The notes under the pieces are model-generated. The model was not told the origin of the DNA and made no database searches. It saw only the letters and a program-made list of their open reading frames with translations. A stretch of DNA of 64,000 nucleotides, from assembly GCA_029717555.1 (NCBI GenBank), contig JAMDHS010000027.1, positions 124,001 to 188,000 of the forward strand, given 5' to 3'. A program made the translations under genes and the position numbers. Origin of the DNA: Peribolospora baueri. Taxonomy: Eukaryota. Each line of letters opens with the position of its first letter. Position 1 is the first letter of the stretch. This document shows, one piece after another, positions 36,930 through 49,887 of the stretch.

Positions 36930-37899
36930 TTACACCTGTTGTCGTGCGGCACGCCAGCAGACGGAGGAGACGAGGTTGAATAAGAGAAGAGCGCTTGGAA
37001 AGGGCGACGACGCGGCCGAGGAGCGAAAGTCATGGCACTCACCGTCTCCAGAGGAGCGTGCTCCTTGAACGTCTCCGCCGCACCGACCTTCTTGCCCTTG
37101 TCGTCCACAGCCGTCTCACCGTGGAGCTGGAGGAGCGCGCTGACGTCGTACTTGGGCGCCTTAAGGATCTTGACCTTGCGCACGTATACGTTCGTCAACG
37201 GGTAGATGCCCTGGCACGCCTTCTCGATCTCACGGCCAATGACCTCCGGGATGAGCTTCTGGACGAGCTCCTTGAGGTCGCAAGACGAAGCCTCGCGCGT
37301 CATGATGTCGAACATCTTCTTGCGGATCTCGCGCACCTGCGACGACTTGGCGTACGTCGTCTTCTTCACCTGGTTCGGGCGACGCTTGGTGAAGCCGATG
37401 GCGAAGAGGCGGAGAACGTAGCCGTCGGTGGTCTTGACGTCGACGAACGCCTCGATGAGCGTTTGCCACTTGCGGACGAGCGAGCGGATCTTGTCAGAGG
37501 TGAAGTCCATGCCGTGGAAGTTGGTCAGGCAGTTCTTGCCCTGAACCTCGTCGATCCGGAGCTGGAACTTGCGGAACGCCTGCTCGTCATCCTTGTTCAG
37601 GTCTGCGAGCGAAGCCTCGAGAATCCGACCCTTCAAGGAGTCGTTGGCGTTCTTCATACCCTGCGAGCGGTTCACAAGGGTCTTGCCGAGGTTGCGGTTC
37701 TCGAAGAAGGAGGGGGCCTTCAGGTCGTACCAGTCTGCAGAGAAGGGAAATCGCCGCGTCAGCAGCGCTACCTTGCTCGTTCCAGGGTGCCTCCCATCCG
37801 CTGAGGATCACTCCACTTACCCTTCCTGGAGAAGGGGTCGACCTGCTTCCTCTTGCCGCCCTTGCCCTTTCCAAGCTTCTTGTTCTTGCCGACAGCCAT
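36930..37899 (-). CDS. RPS1: 40S ribosomal protein eS1 (S1/S3a)
   Basis: [12 protein letters not shown]...[14 protein letters not shown]...[26 protein letters not shown]. The terminal micro-exon 36930-36935 encodes V-stop. There is a 5'UTR intron at 37901-37995. Confidence 0.98.
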
Positions 37900-38265
37900 A
37901 CTGAAGAGCGGGGGAGAGCGACGAATGGATAGATGCAAAAGACCTATCAGCAGCCGTCTCTACTACGTCGAGCAAAGACGAAGAAGAGAGCTCACTTGTG
38001 ATGTTGAGTGAGCTTGAAGACGTCGAGGAAAGAGTTGGCGATGCGAGCGCGCGGGCCAGACGACGATCCGCCGACTGGATTGCTGATTCCCACCGGGCGC
38101 CGACTGCGGCAAGACGAAGGGGCTCGAATACTACACGCCCCGCAGCACGACGGCTATACAGTTTCTCTCGATCACCTGCTGGGCTGGGTCCGTGCGTGTC
38201 TCAGGTTTCGGCCGCTGGCCGTACGTCCGCCAGTTTCGCTTATCGTCGTCCGCGTCCATGCGAAG

Positions 38266-39408
38266 ATGACCACTCCATTCGTTGACGGTCGCCTCTCTCG
38301 TCACCAGTTCGAGCTCGCTTGTCAGGCGTACGTGGCCAAATATGCCGCTGCCCAAAGAGCGAAGGAGGATGATCGACCAGGCCCGAAAAGGATAGCGGAG
38401 GGATGGGGATGGAAGAAAGAGTCGCGAAGCAAGGTGCTTGCTCTCGTCACTATATTCTTCCCTTCCTCCTTCGCCTCTTCGCAGCCGCGCGTTCGAATTT
38501 CGTTTCCGATGCTACAAGCACGGACAGCGTAACTGAGTGTTCCCGCGCTCCCACCTCCCCTGTCTGTTGTCGGATTCGCAGTACATCGAAGGCAATGGCC
38601 ATCTGTCCCGTCGGTTGGACTACCACCTCTCGCGAACGTCTGTGCCTCAGCCAACGCCTGGCCCGTCGGATGCCGAAGTGGCTGCGTTGGAAAGTGATTT
38701 AGTAGAGGCGGTGGTGGACGGAGAAGATCTGGCTGCTGCAGACGCTGGACCAGGCGTAGACGCTTCGCCCTCTCGGCTTGCCCCTCCCATGCCAGCGTGG
38801 ATTACGTCCGAACAGAGCGTGGTATACTCGTCCACCTACCGGACGCCCGTGTTCTGTTTCACCGCACAGGACTCTTGTGAGCACCGATACACACAAAGGA
38901 AATCGAGAGCAGCGTGGGAAGCACCAAAATTGGAATACTGACGAGGGCGCCCTTTTGTCCCTTCCATCTCTCGCCTTCAGCTGGCTCGTCCCTTCCTCTG
39001 TCCGCTCTACTCTCCTCTCCCCTCTTTCACGCCGCCTCCTCTTCCTTCCGTCCTCCTCGGGACGGTCCGGACGGCGACGCGTGCGGCGAGGCGACGACGC
39101 TGTCCGAAGGTCGACCACGAGCCGTCGCCGATGATGACGCCGTGGGCACTCGATTGCCGCTGCTCTCCCAAGGCGAGCACCCAGAGACCGGCGTTCCCTG
39201 CTGGTCCCTCCACCCGTGCGAAACGGCGGGCGCGTTGTCCGAGGTGATGCGCGCCGAAGCTAACGGCGGCGACGGTCGAGAGGGATCGGTGCGCGTGGAC
39301 GGCGATCGGCCTCCCGTGACGACGACGACGGACGACGGCACGGAAGCGGCAGTTCACTATCTGGAGACGTGGTTCATGCTCGTGAGCAACGTTGTCGCGT
39401 TGTGGTAG
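38266..39408 (+). CDS. ATG10: E2-like Atg12-conjugating enzyme Atg10
   Basis: VVYSSTYRTPVFCF and SQGEHP..G.PCWSLHPCET (catalytic HPC), YLETWF; two introns (~38433-38581, ~38877-38980). Confidence 0.9.
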
Positions 39409-40297
39409 TGGGCGGACGGGACGATGAATGAACGAAGGAACGAAGAACGAAATGAATGTACGGCGAACTAGGGATACCCGTCGGCCGAAACGCAACGCAA
39501 TCGAACGTCTGGCAGCCGTCCAGCGCGTCCCTTTTTTCATGTCCTATCCTATCCTATCCTCAAAGACCGGACACACGAGCACGAAGTTATAAAGGAATAG
39601 CCTGCTGCCCGACGGACGACGGAAAGAGGGGGACGGGTACGAGATGAGGCGAACGGGAAACGGGGGGGTGAGCGAAAAAAAAAATGAAAAATAGGAAGCG
39701 GGAGGCGGGAAGCGGGCTCGAGGAGGAGAGTGGGAAGGTTTTGCGATTGCGAGATGGGAACGGGACGGGAAGTGGAAGGGGGGAGGGAGGTGGACGAATT
39801 GAATGCCCAGGAGCGAAGGGGGTGAGGGGGGCCAAGGAAAGGAACGAAGAAGGAATGAAAAAGGAAACAAAGAAGCAAGGCGAGCAAAGGAAGAAAAAGC
39901 GGGGCGAGGCGGAGGCGTCAACTTCGAGCTTACGAGGTGACGGGGCGACGTATCGTATCGTATCGTATGGGATGGGATAGGATGGGATAGGATTGGGCAC
40001 GCATGGGGGACGGGGACGGGGACAAGTTGGCACGGCGTTTTCGCGAAGGAGAGAACCGACCGGACAAGTTGGACGGGACGGAGGAGGGGAGGAGCGGGGT
40101 AATCGATCGACGTAGCCTACAATTCAACAAAGCCCAAAGGGACACATCTGAACGAATCCGGCACGCCCTCATGCTGATATGCTGGGGCGGAAAGGGATCG
40201 GACGCGCAAAAGGCAGGGAAGGGAGGGAGGTATGGCACACAGAGAGGGAGGAGATGGGAGGACAAGGCAAGAAGACGGGAGGAAGGGCCGCGTGCGA

Positions 40298-43022
40298 TCA
40301 CGCCCGCGCGTAGGACCATCTGCGGTCCAAAAAGGAGGAAACAAATGCGAGAGATCAGAAGCACGTCCGACGACATTAAGAGGAAAAAAGAACTCCGACA
40401 TACACTCTCGCCGTAAAGTCACCCGAGCCCGTAGCGAGCATGCCTCCCGCTGGGCTGAGGTTGATGGCGATGACTGTACGGCCGGGGCCGGGGCCAGGGG
40501 AAGAGATTAGCAAAAGGCTCGAGAGACTGCGCAAGAGGGAGACAAACTCACCGGAATTTTTGTGCCCCTGGAGGACGAACTGAACCTGGGCGGTCTGCGG
40601 GTCCCAGAACTGTACCCCTCGGTCCTTGGAGCCTGAGGCAACCCACTTGCCGTCCGGGGAGCAGGACACCGAGAGGACGTAATCCTGTGAGGAGAGATAA
40701 TTGAAACGAGTCCGGCGTCAGTCTTTGCTCGCGATCACAAGCTTCGAAGGAATCGCTGCCAACGCACCCTGTGCCCGACAAAGGTGGTGGAGCAAGTGGC
40801 GTGGCCGACCTTGTCCGCCGCGTCATCCGTTTCGTCCGTCTCGAGTGCCTTTGCAGTCGCCGTGAGGTCCCACGTCTTGAGCGTCTTGTCGAGGCTGCCG
40901 CTGACGAGCGACTTTCCGTCGGGCGCAAAGGCGACCGAGTAGATCGAGTCCTTGTGGCTCCGCAGACGCTCCAGGAGCTGACCCGTTTTCATGTCCCATA
41001 CGCGGACGAGTGTGTCGAGCGCACCCGCGGCGACCAGCCGGTTGTCCGAGCTGATCGAGATGGACGTGACGCCGGCCTCACACGGGCCGTGCTCCATGCC
41101 GGCCGAGGTGTACAACGTGTGCAGGCATTGCCCCGTCTCGGTGTCCCAAATGCGCACCGTCTTGTCCCCGCTACCAGAGGCGATGATCCGCCCGTCCCGA
41201 GAGTAGTCGAGCGAGTAGATCTCTTGTTTGTGCCCTTGGAACAGATGGCGAACCCGCTTCTTGGCAATGTCCCAGACCTGCAGGGTCGTCATCATCAGTG
41301 GATCAGTATTGTCAGCGTCAAACAGAGATCTACGTTGTCAGTAAATGCAGAGAGTAGTGACGATGCTCACCCGAATCTGCTTGTCCTCCGCGCCGGTAGC
41401 GAGGTACTTTCCATCCGGGCTGAAGCAAACACTGCGAATGTACAGATCGCCCTTGAAGCTGGGTGGCTGGTCCGACAAGACGCTGTAGAGGGAGAAGAAA
41501 CAAGCGCGAGAGTGAGAAAGGGGAGGACAAGCACAGCGAACGGCACAATGACTGTCGCTGCAAGGAATAGACGCGACGATACTAATGTACGACTGCCGAC
41601 ACCCACCAAGTCTTTCCGCCCGTCTTAGTGTCAAAGATCTGCGCGCTCTTATTGCACCCCGTGGCGAGGAATTTTCCATCGGGAGAGAAGCGGACGCAGC
41701 AGACGACGCTGTGTAATTGTTTGCAAAGCGAGCGGGGAGAATAGTCAGCGCTCCGTCGCGTCGGCCCGAAGGAAGCACGCTCACCTCTCGTGCACAAACG
41801 TATGCACCAAGTTGACGTCCAACTGCCTCTCAACCTTTGGATTGAAGATGATCATCCAATCGCTGCCCTCCTTCTTGAGCTCGCGCGGCACGTCGTCCGG
41901 ATCGAGGTCGATAAGGCTGTTCAGCGTCCCGCCCGGTGCGGGGAGTGCGCCGGGTGCTGGGTGGGAGGGGACAGGCGAGTCGTGATGAAGGGGGGGCGGC
42001 TTGGCGGCGGCGTGGGAGGCGTAAGGAGAGACATGAGACGAGCCTGGATGGGAGGAAGAGGATGGGCTGGTGGTGAGGGTGCCGGCCGCTGGCCAGTTAC
42101 GAAACCCATCGATCCATCGATCGCCAAACTGGGCGGCGCTCACCGTGCTCCGCGCCGTTGCGTTTCGGCTTGATATCTGGCCGGCCGTGCATCGGCGGAG
42201 GCGGCGGGGTCGCGCCGCCGTACATGCCCGGCCCGCCAGGGGGATTCGGTCCGGGATCGCCGGTGCGCATCCTCTTGCTGGGGTGATCCGCTCCGCCCAG
42301 TGGCATACCGGACCTTTCTCGTTCCCTGTCTCCGGGGCCGCCGTTCTGAGCGTCACTGGAGGGCAGAGGTTGCCCTGCACCACCCATGATGCCTCCAAAC
42401 AGACTTGCGCCGCTGTGTCCGACGTTAGGCGGCGTGGGGCCGCCAGGGTGTGGGCCGGCGGGCTGCTGAGAAGGGGGCGGGCCGTGGTGGGCCGAAGCGG
42501 GAGGGGGAAGGCCGGCGACGGCGGCTGCGGGAGGGGGACCGGGATGAACGCCTCGTGCCTCGAGCTCGCGTCGAAGGCGATCGACCTCGTCCTTGTACCT
42601 GGAGAGAGGGAGGGCGGCGGCGGGTGGGTTGATGCGACGCGCTCGCCTTTTTCTATTCCGGATCGATCGATCGAGCGGCTCGGTCACTCACCCTTTGGCC
42701 ATCTCACGGTGTCGGGCCTCGAGCTCGTAGAGACTCTGCTGGATGGCGGCGATTTCGGAGATCTGTGCGGTGACTGAGGAAAGGAAGGGGAGGGGGTTCA
42801 GGAGGGGAAGGAAGGAGGGAAGGAGAGGGAAAGCGCACCTCGGTGCTCGAACTCGTCCCTCTGGCCCTTGAGCTGGGCGGCGTCATTGCCGATGACCTCG
42901 AACTCTTGCTTGACAAAGTCGAGCAGGTCTGCGAGGCGGGCAGAGGAGGCGGTCTGGGAGGGTGCGGCGACGGGTGCGGCCTGGGGGACGAGGGCGCGGT
43001 GGTTGTAGATATTGGAGGACAT
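40298..43022 (-). CDS. TUP1: General transcriptional corepressor Tup1 (Tup_N coiled coil plus WD40)
   Basis: [15 protein letters not shown]-terminal domain; [72 protein letters not shown]. Confidence 0.96.
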
Positions 43023-44040
43023 GGCGTGGGCAGGCGAGCTCGAGCTGGGTGGTTGCGGTGGGCGGGGTAGGAGGAAGAAGGGAGAAGCCCAAAAGGGCGC
43101 GGGGGGGATCGTAGACGGCGCGGACGGGCGATGGAGGGAGGGGGAGGGGAAGGCGATGGGATGGGATGGGGACGGCGATCGGGTGGCTGGCGGTGCGGTG
43201 GGCGGAGGGAAGGCGGCAGGAGCAGGCACGGGCAGGGACGAGCGGGGAGGAGGGATGGATGGAGGGAAGGATGGATGGATGTTGCGAAGATGGAACGGGG
43301 GATGGCTCGGAGGTGATGGAGGTGATGGAAGTCGGAGATGGAGAGATGGATGGTGACGGCGATGGTCGATGGAAAGAGAGAGTTGAGTGAATGCAGGCCG
43401 CCGAGGCGGACGACGGCGCGCCGGTCAGTCACAGGCGGTGAGCGAGTGCGATGCGGTGCGGTGCCGTCGGTGCGAGCGAGCGGCGAGCGCGGCTAAGGCG
43501 GGACGGATGGACGACGACGGCGGACAGACGGACGGAAGGACCGACTGCGGCAGCCTCCGTCGGTGCTGCTTACTCCTCCCTCCTCCGTCGACGGGTTATC
43601 TCGGCCGTGCAATAATAAGTAGGTTTAGGGCACTCGCCCCGACTGCCCGCACTAGCGCACCGCTCCCACGTCCGCCCTTCAGTCGCAAATAACTAACATC
43701 CCCTAGCCCGACCCGGGCCCAGCCTAGACCGAGTCGCTCCAGCCAGCAGACAGACAGACACAAACCACCTCGGACGGCTCGGAGTCCAGTCGCATGTCGT
43801 CGCCGCAGCACGCCGCAGTCGCATACCGCCGCAGTCGTCGTCGCCCACTCCTTCGGCTCCGACGTCGAACCGCCCCTTGAAGTTCCCTGCTCGACTCGCC
43901 CTCTCCGTCCGCCGCAGCTGCCGCAGCACTTTTCGGACGACCCGACGCCGGGCACGGCCTGTCCAGCGCAGAGTTCGTCAGTGCACGGACGACAGACATC
44001 CTACACCGCCAGGTCGAAGCCGAAGTCGAAGAGCAAGCCA

Positions 44041-44095
44041 GCCAAAGCCAAGCCAGAGCAGAACCAGAGGCAGAACCAGAACCATAACCAGAACC
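44041..44095. repeat. CAGAAC/GCCAA-type short tandem repeats in the TUP1-MTF1 divergent promoter
   Basis: gccaaagccaagccagagcagaaccagaggcagaaccagaaccataaccagaacc. Confidence 0.7.
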
Positions 44096-44194
44096 TCGCC
44101 TCCCACACGCGACACGACGCGACGACGCGAGCACGTCTCTTCGCGCGCGCCGGCCTCCCTTCTCCTCTTTGCTCTCCGACGCCCGCTGACCACC

Positions 44195-46167
44195 ATGGCT
44201 GCCGCCGCCCACCTCTTCCGACGGCGCACCGCCGCCGCCCTCGCTCCCACCGTCGCGCTGAGCTTGCCCTTGCCTCGACCCGCTCTCCTTCGCGCGTCCG
44301 ATAGCCTCCTCCACCAAGCCTCGCTCGCCCCCCTCCATCGCCACCTCTCCACCACCGCCCCGCTCCGAGGACGCCCGCGCAAGGGCGTCAGGCTCAACAG
44401 ACGCACCTGGAGCAAACGCTCCACCTCCGACTCTGCCGTCATCTCCGCCTCCTACGGCGACACCGCTCACATGCAAAACCCCGAAGCTGGCCTACCTTGG
44501 CAACCCGTCGAAGAAGCCGTCCTACCCAAAGATCCGGCAGAGTGGGTCAATCACTTTCCTACTTCTACTAAAGGTACCTCCAATAGGTACTGGTTTAAGA
44601 GCGAACGCGATATGGACATCTTTCTTGAAGGCGTTGGCTTTTATGAGCATGCTGAGGCTGCCTTGAAGAACGGAAAGGGCCTCACCGTCATTGAGGCGTA
44701 TCCTGGTGAGTGGCCCTTGCCGCCTTGTTCCTTCTCCATCCCCGCTCATTGCCTTTTTTTTTTTTTTTTTTTTTTTTTTCTCTTTCTCTTCCTTCTTCCC
44801 TCCAGGTCCCGGCGCCCTGACAAGAAAGATCTTGGAAACGCCTGGCGTGGAACGGGTGATCGCGCTCGAAGGCGAGGTGTCCTACATTCCCTATCTTCAG
44901 GTCAGTCCGTGTCTGTGTCTGGTCGAAGCATATCCCCCGCTCATCTCACCCCCGCCCTCGCCACAGAACGCAGCTCTTGCCGACCCGCGCCTACATGTCA
45001 TCCCCGACTCGGCGTACAGATGGGAGGCGTACGACACCCTGGGAACCTCTGGTCTTCTCGATCATCTACCCACTTCCGAAACGCCCAAGACCGAGGAGAG
45101 TGGTATGAACGCTAGGGGTGTCCTTCACAGGCCAAATGAGAAGGGCAAGGAGGTGGAGACGACCGGCGGAGCCATGGGCCGCGGCTGGGAAGGTGCGCCG
45201 ATCCTCTACCGTCTTAGCGTTTCGTCTCCATACCTCCACCGGCTAAACAGCTCCCCATTGCCACGCATCCCGCTCCCACACAGAAACGCCACCGGTCTTC
45301 TTCATCGCCCAACTACCAGACACCGTACATGCCGAACAACTGTTCGCCCAACTCGTCGCCCTCGTCCCGACGCGCAACTGGCTGTGGAAGTATGGAAGGA
45401 TGCCGATGGGTCTTATGTGCTCTCGGGACCTTTGGATGGTGTGTACCGTTCTGTTGTGTTTTGTTGTGGGTTGGTCTGGCGGGTGTGCTCATTGCTCTTT
45501 CTTCTTCTCTTCTCTTCTCTTCTCTTCTTTTTCTTTTCTTCTTCTTCTTCTTCTCTTTTCTTCTTCTTCTTTCCAGCGCATGTCGGCCCTTCCCAGGACA
45601 ACCGAAAGGTGCAAGCTCGGGGTCATCACCCAGACCCTCATGGACAGCCGACTCGCCATCCCCGAAGACACCTTTGAGCCCCGCACCAAGCACTTCTGGC
45701 CGAGTATCGGCAAAAACGGCAAGCGCACCCTCGTCGGCGTCCGGCTCCAGCCCAGACGGGATACGCTCATCCGCAGGGAAGGCCTCGACTCGTTACAATT
45801 CTGCCTCCGCCACCTCTTCGTCACCCGTAAAACCGTGCTCGAAAGGACGGTCGGAGGCCTCGCACCCAACGCCCAGATCATCCTTGACAAGGTTGATGCG
45901 GCCAAGAACCCGGGTTTGCCGCCGGAGCGCGCCATCACGCGTCGCATGTGTGCCAGCGACCTTACGGTCGCGCAGTGGGTCTCCCTTGCGGACGCGTTTG
46001 ATCGGTGGCCCTTCAGACCTCAGGTGGGTTCGACGAGGAGCACGCGCGTCGACGGTTGCACCCGCTTGCTCTCCGCTCATCCCATTCCCCGGTCGCCCTC
46101 TCGTCCCTTCGCGCAGGTCCTTTTCCAAGAAGACCTCATGTCCATTCACGACGGTAAGCTCTTCTGA
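44195..46167 (+). CDS. MTF1: Mitochondrial transcription factor Mtf1 / rRNA adenine dimethylase-fold protein
   Basis: Presequence; TVIEAYPG|PGALTRKIL...VIALE; DSAYRWEAYD; WLWKYGRMPM; RCKLGVI; W..LADAFDRWPFRP; five introns. Confidence 0.85.
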
Positions 46168-46964
46168 GCGTCCCCGTCAAGCCATAGATTCGTACGAGCG
46201 AGCGTCCCTTTCTCCGCCCGTCCTCGCCTCTCCGTCTCCCCACCTCTTTCCGCCTCCTCCATCCCTCTTCCCTTCCGCGCTCGCCACTCCTCCCTCTCTC
46301 CGTTCTTCCTTCCCGGAATCTCCCCTCGCGTCCCCAGTGACGTCCGCACCGCCGATCTGTGATGTCATCTCGATGGATTTTTCAGTTCGGTTATCGTTAG
46401 CCACGGCTGGCTCAGAGTCCCCCCGGGACGCGTCACCTCCCATTGCTTCCTTCCGGCTTTGGTTCTAAAGACGGAAAGATGTCCGAACCGGGCCCGGCGG
46501 GCCTGAATTGTGCGAGTCGTGTGTGTTCGCCAACAAGGAAGCCGTCCCACCACCCAGGAAACCGACTAGATGCTCGTTCTGCATCATACGTAGCACTCGC
46601 CCATCCCTAGAGCACTCACTTCCGCCGGTCGCGCTCGGCCCAACAGAGGAAGCTCGGCTCGACCGCAGCCGGTTGCGCCGATCTCTCGCCGCTGGGCCCG
46701 ACAGCATTCGTTCCCTACTATCTGTCCATCATCGTCTCTCCTTGAACCCGTTCGAGAGCGCGAATGCTCGCAGCTTGGCTTGGCTTGGCTTGTCAGCGAG
46801 CGACCTTCGTCATTGTGACTCTGTCGTCGACATTTAGATTGGCAAGTCGTTATTTGTGTCTCGGCTCATCCCGTCGTTTTGCGAGTCTGCACGTAGAATA
46901 GGTCCCGAGCTCGCACTCGCACTCGCAGCTCCGAGGCACCACTCACACTCGCACCTCCCACGCC

Positions 46965-48348
46965 ATGGACGCGCACCTGGTTCATCCTCACTCTCTCTCC
47001 ATCGTCCTCGCCTTCGCCCGCCGGCCGTGTACGACCTGCCTCTCGGCCGCCTTCACTTGCCCTTCTCGTCGCCGCAAGTTGCACGCTTCCCCTTCTCGAT
47101 CCGCCGCGGCGGCGGCGGCGGCGGCGTCCGACCCAGCCGCCGACCGGGGCAGCAGCAGCTCTTCCCGACCTCGAACCCCTGCCTCTCCGCCACATCGTCG
47201 CCGTGGCAGTCATCGACCGGACGTGGATCTCTCTTTCCCTTCTCATCTCCTCCACCCCACCCCCTTCGACATCTTTCACCTCCCTCGAGGCCATCACCCG
47301 CCGTCGGTCATCAAAGGCAGATACTACGACTTGGTCAGGGCCCTCCACCCTGACGTCCTTCGCGGCCGGCAGATGCAGCAGCAGCAAGAGCGATTCGAGC
47401 AGGAGACCGCTAACAGCGGGGACGATCAAGGAAAGGGCAAGGGAAAGGCTCGCGACGATGGCGACGCGGCGAACGAAGAAGACGTCGCGCGGAAGAGGGA
47501 GGAGCAGTTCAAGCTCGTCATCGCCGCGTTCGATCTCCTCTCCGACCCGGCCCGCCGCGACCTCTACCTCCGCTCCGGCTATGGGTGGGGCGACAAGCCA
47601 CCGTCTTCGTCTCCCTCCCCTTACCCGCCACGCCGACCGGGCGCACCGAGAGCGGGGTGGGAGTACCGCGGCGACGTCCGTCCCAACGCCGGCTTTGGCT
47701 CCTGGTCGCAGTTCAAGACCCACGATGGTTTTGGCTGGCAGCGCGCCGCCGCCGCCGGGGAAGGAGGGTGGGGCCAAGGGGGCGTTGGCGACGATGGCAG
47801 GTTCTACGGGTTCTATGACGCTCATTATTATCAGAACGGGGGACAGCGCGGTGGTGGCGATGGCCCGGAGCTGTATGCGAGCAACAGCACGTTCATCGGA
47901 TGGGTCGCCGTCGCGGTGAGTCGACGATACAGTTCCTACTCCCGATTCTCTCGTCGCAACGCGGTGATCAGCCCAGGCTCTAAACCTCCCCTCCCTCTGT
48001 TGTCTGCCCCGCCCGCAGACCTTCATCCTCGCCATCGGCCAAGCCTTGCGTCTCCAATCAGCCGCAACGATGGTGCACGACGCGGCAGACCGTGCGCACT
48101 TGGACGCGGCGCTGAACCTGGAAAAAGCGCGGAACGAGGCAAAGCGGACGGGGAGGGAGAGACGGGAGATGATACGGAGGAGGGTTAGGGAGGGAAAGGT
48201 GATCGGCGAGCTTGATGATCTTCACGTCCACCATGTCCATCATGTCCACGGCCACGGCCGCGGTAGCGCCGGTCATCTGGGTTTGCCGGGCGTGGAGGAG
48301 GACGATGGAGAGGCCGCCGGTCGTCGTCGGCCTTCAGTAGATCGGTAG
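46965..48348 (+). CDS. Mitochondrial J-domain protein, Jid1-like
   Basis: PTPFDIFHL...IKGRYYDLVRALHPD (HPD motif)...FKLVIAAFDLLSDP.RR..Y; TM helix spanning intron 47916-48018. Confidence 0.85.
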
Positions 48349-48624
48349 TGAGCGCGCGCGCGAGAGCTTGACAAAGGTTCCGCCGAGAGCGACGACGGCG
48401 CCATTGCCTCGTTTCCGCGGGGATCGGAGCGGTGTTGCTGTCCGTATGTTCCCTTGCAAATGCGGCGGACGTGAAACTGTCGTTCTACTCCTCCGTCATC
48501 ACTACAGCCTGAGTGGGGAGCTACATACAGCACAGACGAGTTGGCGGCGTCGCCACATGGTCCCCTGCCCCCCCCCCCCCCGCGCACCGCGAACTTCTAA
48601 AACACCCCTCCCACCGGATCGGCT

Positions 48625-49887
48625 TCACTTCGCAACAGAAGCCTGCTTGGCTCCCGCGGCGGACGGAGCCTGACCGACGCCCTTGGCGATCACGGCCAAC
48701 ACGAATTTCCTATCCCGGGGGAAGACGCTCGGGTTTTGGCTCAGGGCCACGTCGGCGGTCTGCACGACTTCGTGGTCGTCCTGCCGTTCTCCGCGATGGT
48801 TGGCGGCCTGGTAGACGGAGTAGTCCCCTCCGCGCCGTTCCGCCAGGTCTTGCAGACGCTCTTCCGTCCCAGCGTCGGCGTGAAGGGGTGCGAGACGAGG
48901 GTGGGGCCACCAGCTGATCATGGAAGACGCCGAAGGCCAGGGCGTCGAGGTGGTGATGTCCGGCAGTTTCGACGCATCCACCGGCTCGGTTGGCTCGACC
49001 TTTCGGAGGCCTGGCAGCATGTCGTCCGAAGGAGCGTCGCGGAACCGACGCGGCTGGGACTGAGGCCGACCGCCCCTTCCGCCTCGCGGTCCGCCTGCGC
49101 TGGCGCCGCCGCGGCCGGGACCGTTTCGCTGTGCGCCGCGGCCGTAACCGTCTCGTCGAACAGGCGAGTTCGCACGGGCGCCACCACCACCGCGGGCGAA
49201 AGCACCTCGCGATCTTGGTCCGCCTCCGCCGATGATAGGGGTGTCCATCTGGATGAGATCGGCGTACGCCGTCTCGTCTCCTTCAGCCCCCGTCAAGCGA
49301 GAAGACAAGCGGCTCCGCCTGCCTTTAGGCTTTTGCCCCTTCGCGCCGTCCGTCGTCGTCGTCGTCTCCGCCGGATTTCGGTTGTCCCCTTCGATGGCGT
49401 CATCAAACTGGCCTCGCGCCAAAGCGGCCGAAAGGGAGCCCTCTTCCTTGGCCTTGTCCCGCCTCGGCGGCCTTCGGTGGCCATTGCGCACTCCCCCACG
49501 GCTGCGATTGTTGTAAGACGAAGAGTCGGGAGCGACGTTGCCGGATGCCGCCGCCCTGGCGTTGGCGTTGCCCACGTCGCCGAGGCGCCCTTGTCGTCGC
49601 AGTTCGGCCATATCGAGGCTTCGTCTAGTGAGCTCGACAATGTCGACGGTGGCCCCTCCGATCGTCAACGGGCCCTTACCGCGTCCGCGGCCTGCCCCTG
49701 CCCTTGCGGGCGGAGATGGCGAAGAGGGAGAGGCGGAAGAAGGCTCGGGCGCGGAGGCCGTGGACGAAGAGGCCGACGGGCCATCCGGAGGGGCGGCCGC
49801 GTTGGACAGCACCGGCGTGGCGCTGGAGAGCTGCCTGCGAAGGGTGTGCGGCCCCAGGCGGGCGTGTGCGACGGTCCTGCAGTACAT
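48625..49887 (-). CDS. Uncharacterised, probably mitochondrial protein with an RGG-rich region
   Basis: Intronless ORF from ATG 49887 (MYCRTVAHARL...RRQLSSA, presequence-like); ordered-looking C-terminus GGDYSVY...ALSQNPS. Confidence 0.72.
   Translation of the reverse strand: MYCRTVAHARLGPHTLRRQLSSATPVLSNAAAPPDGPSASSSTASAPEPSSASPSSPSPPARAGAGRGRGKGPLTIGGATVDIVELTRRSLDMAELRRQGRLGDVGNANARAAASGNVAPDSSSYNNRSRGGVRNGHRRPPRRDKAKEEGSLSAALARGQFDDAIEGDNRNPAETTTTTDGAKGQKPKGRRSRLSSRLTGAEGDETAYADLIQMDTPIIGGGGPRSRGAFARGGGGARANSPVRRDGYGRGAQRNGPGRGGASAGGPRGGRGGRPQSQPRRFRDAPSDDMLPGLRKVEPTEPVDASKLPDITTSTPWPSASSMISWWPHPRLAPLHADAGTEERLQDLAERRGGDYSVYQAANHRGERQDDHEVVQTADVALSQNPSVFPRDRKFVLAVIAKGVGQAPSAAGAKQASVAK

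Noticed and set aside
36995..37804. 269-aa plus-strand ORF
   Set aside because: Antisense shadow of highly biased RPS1 codons.
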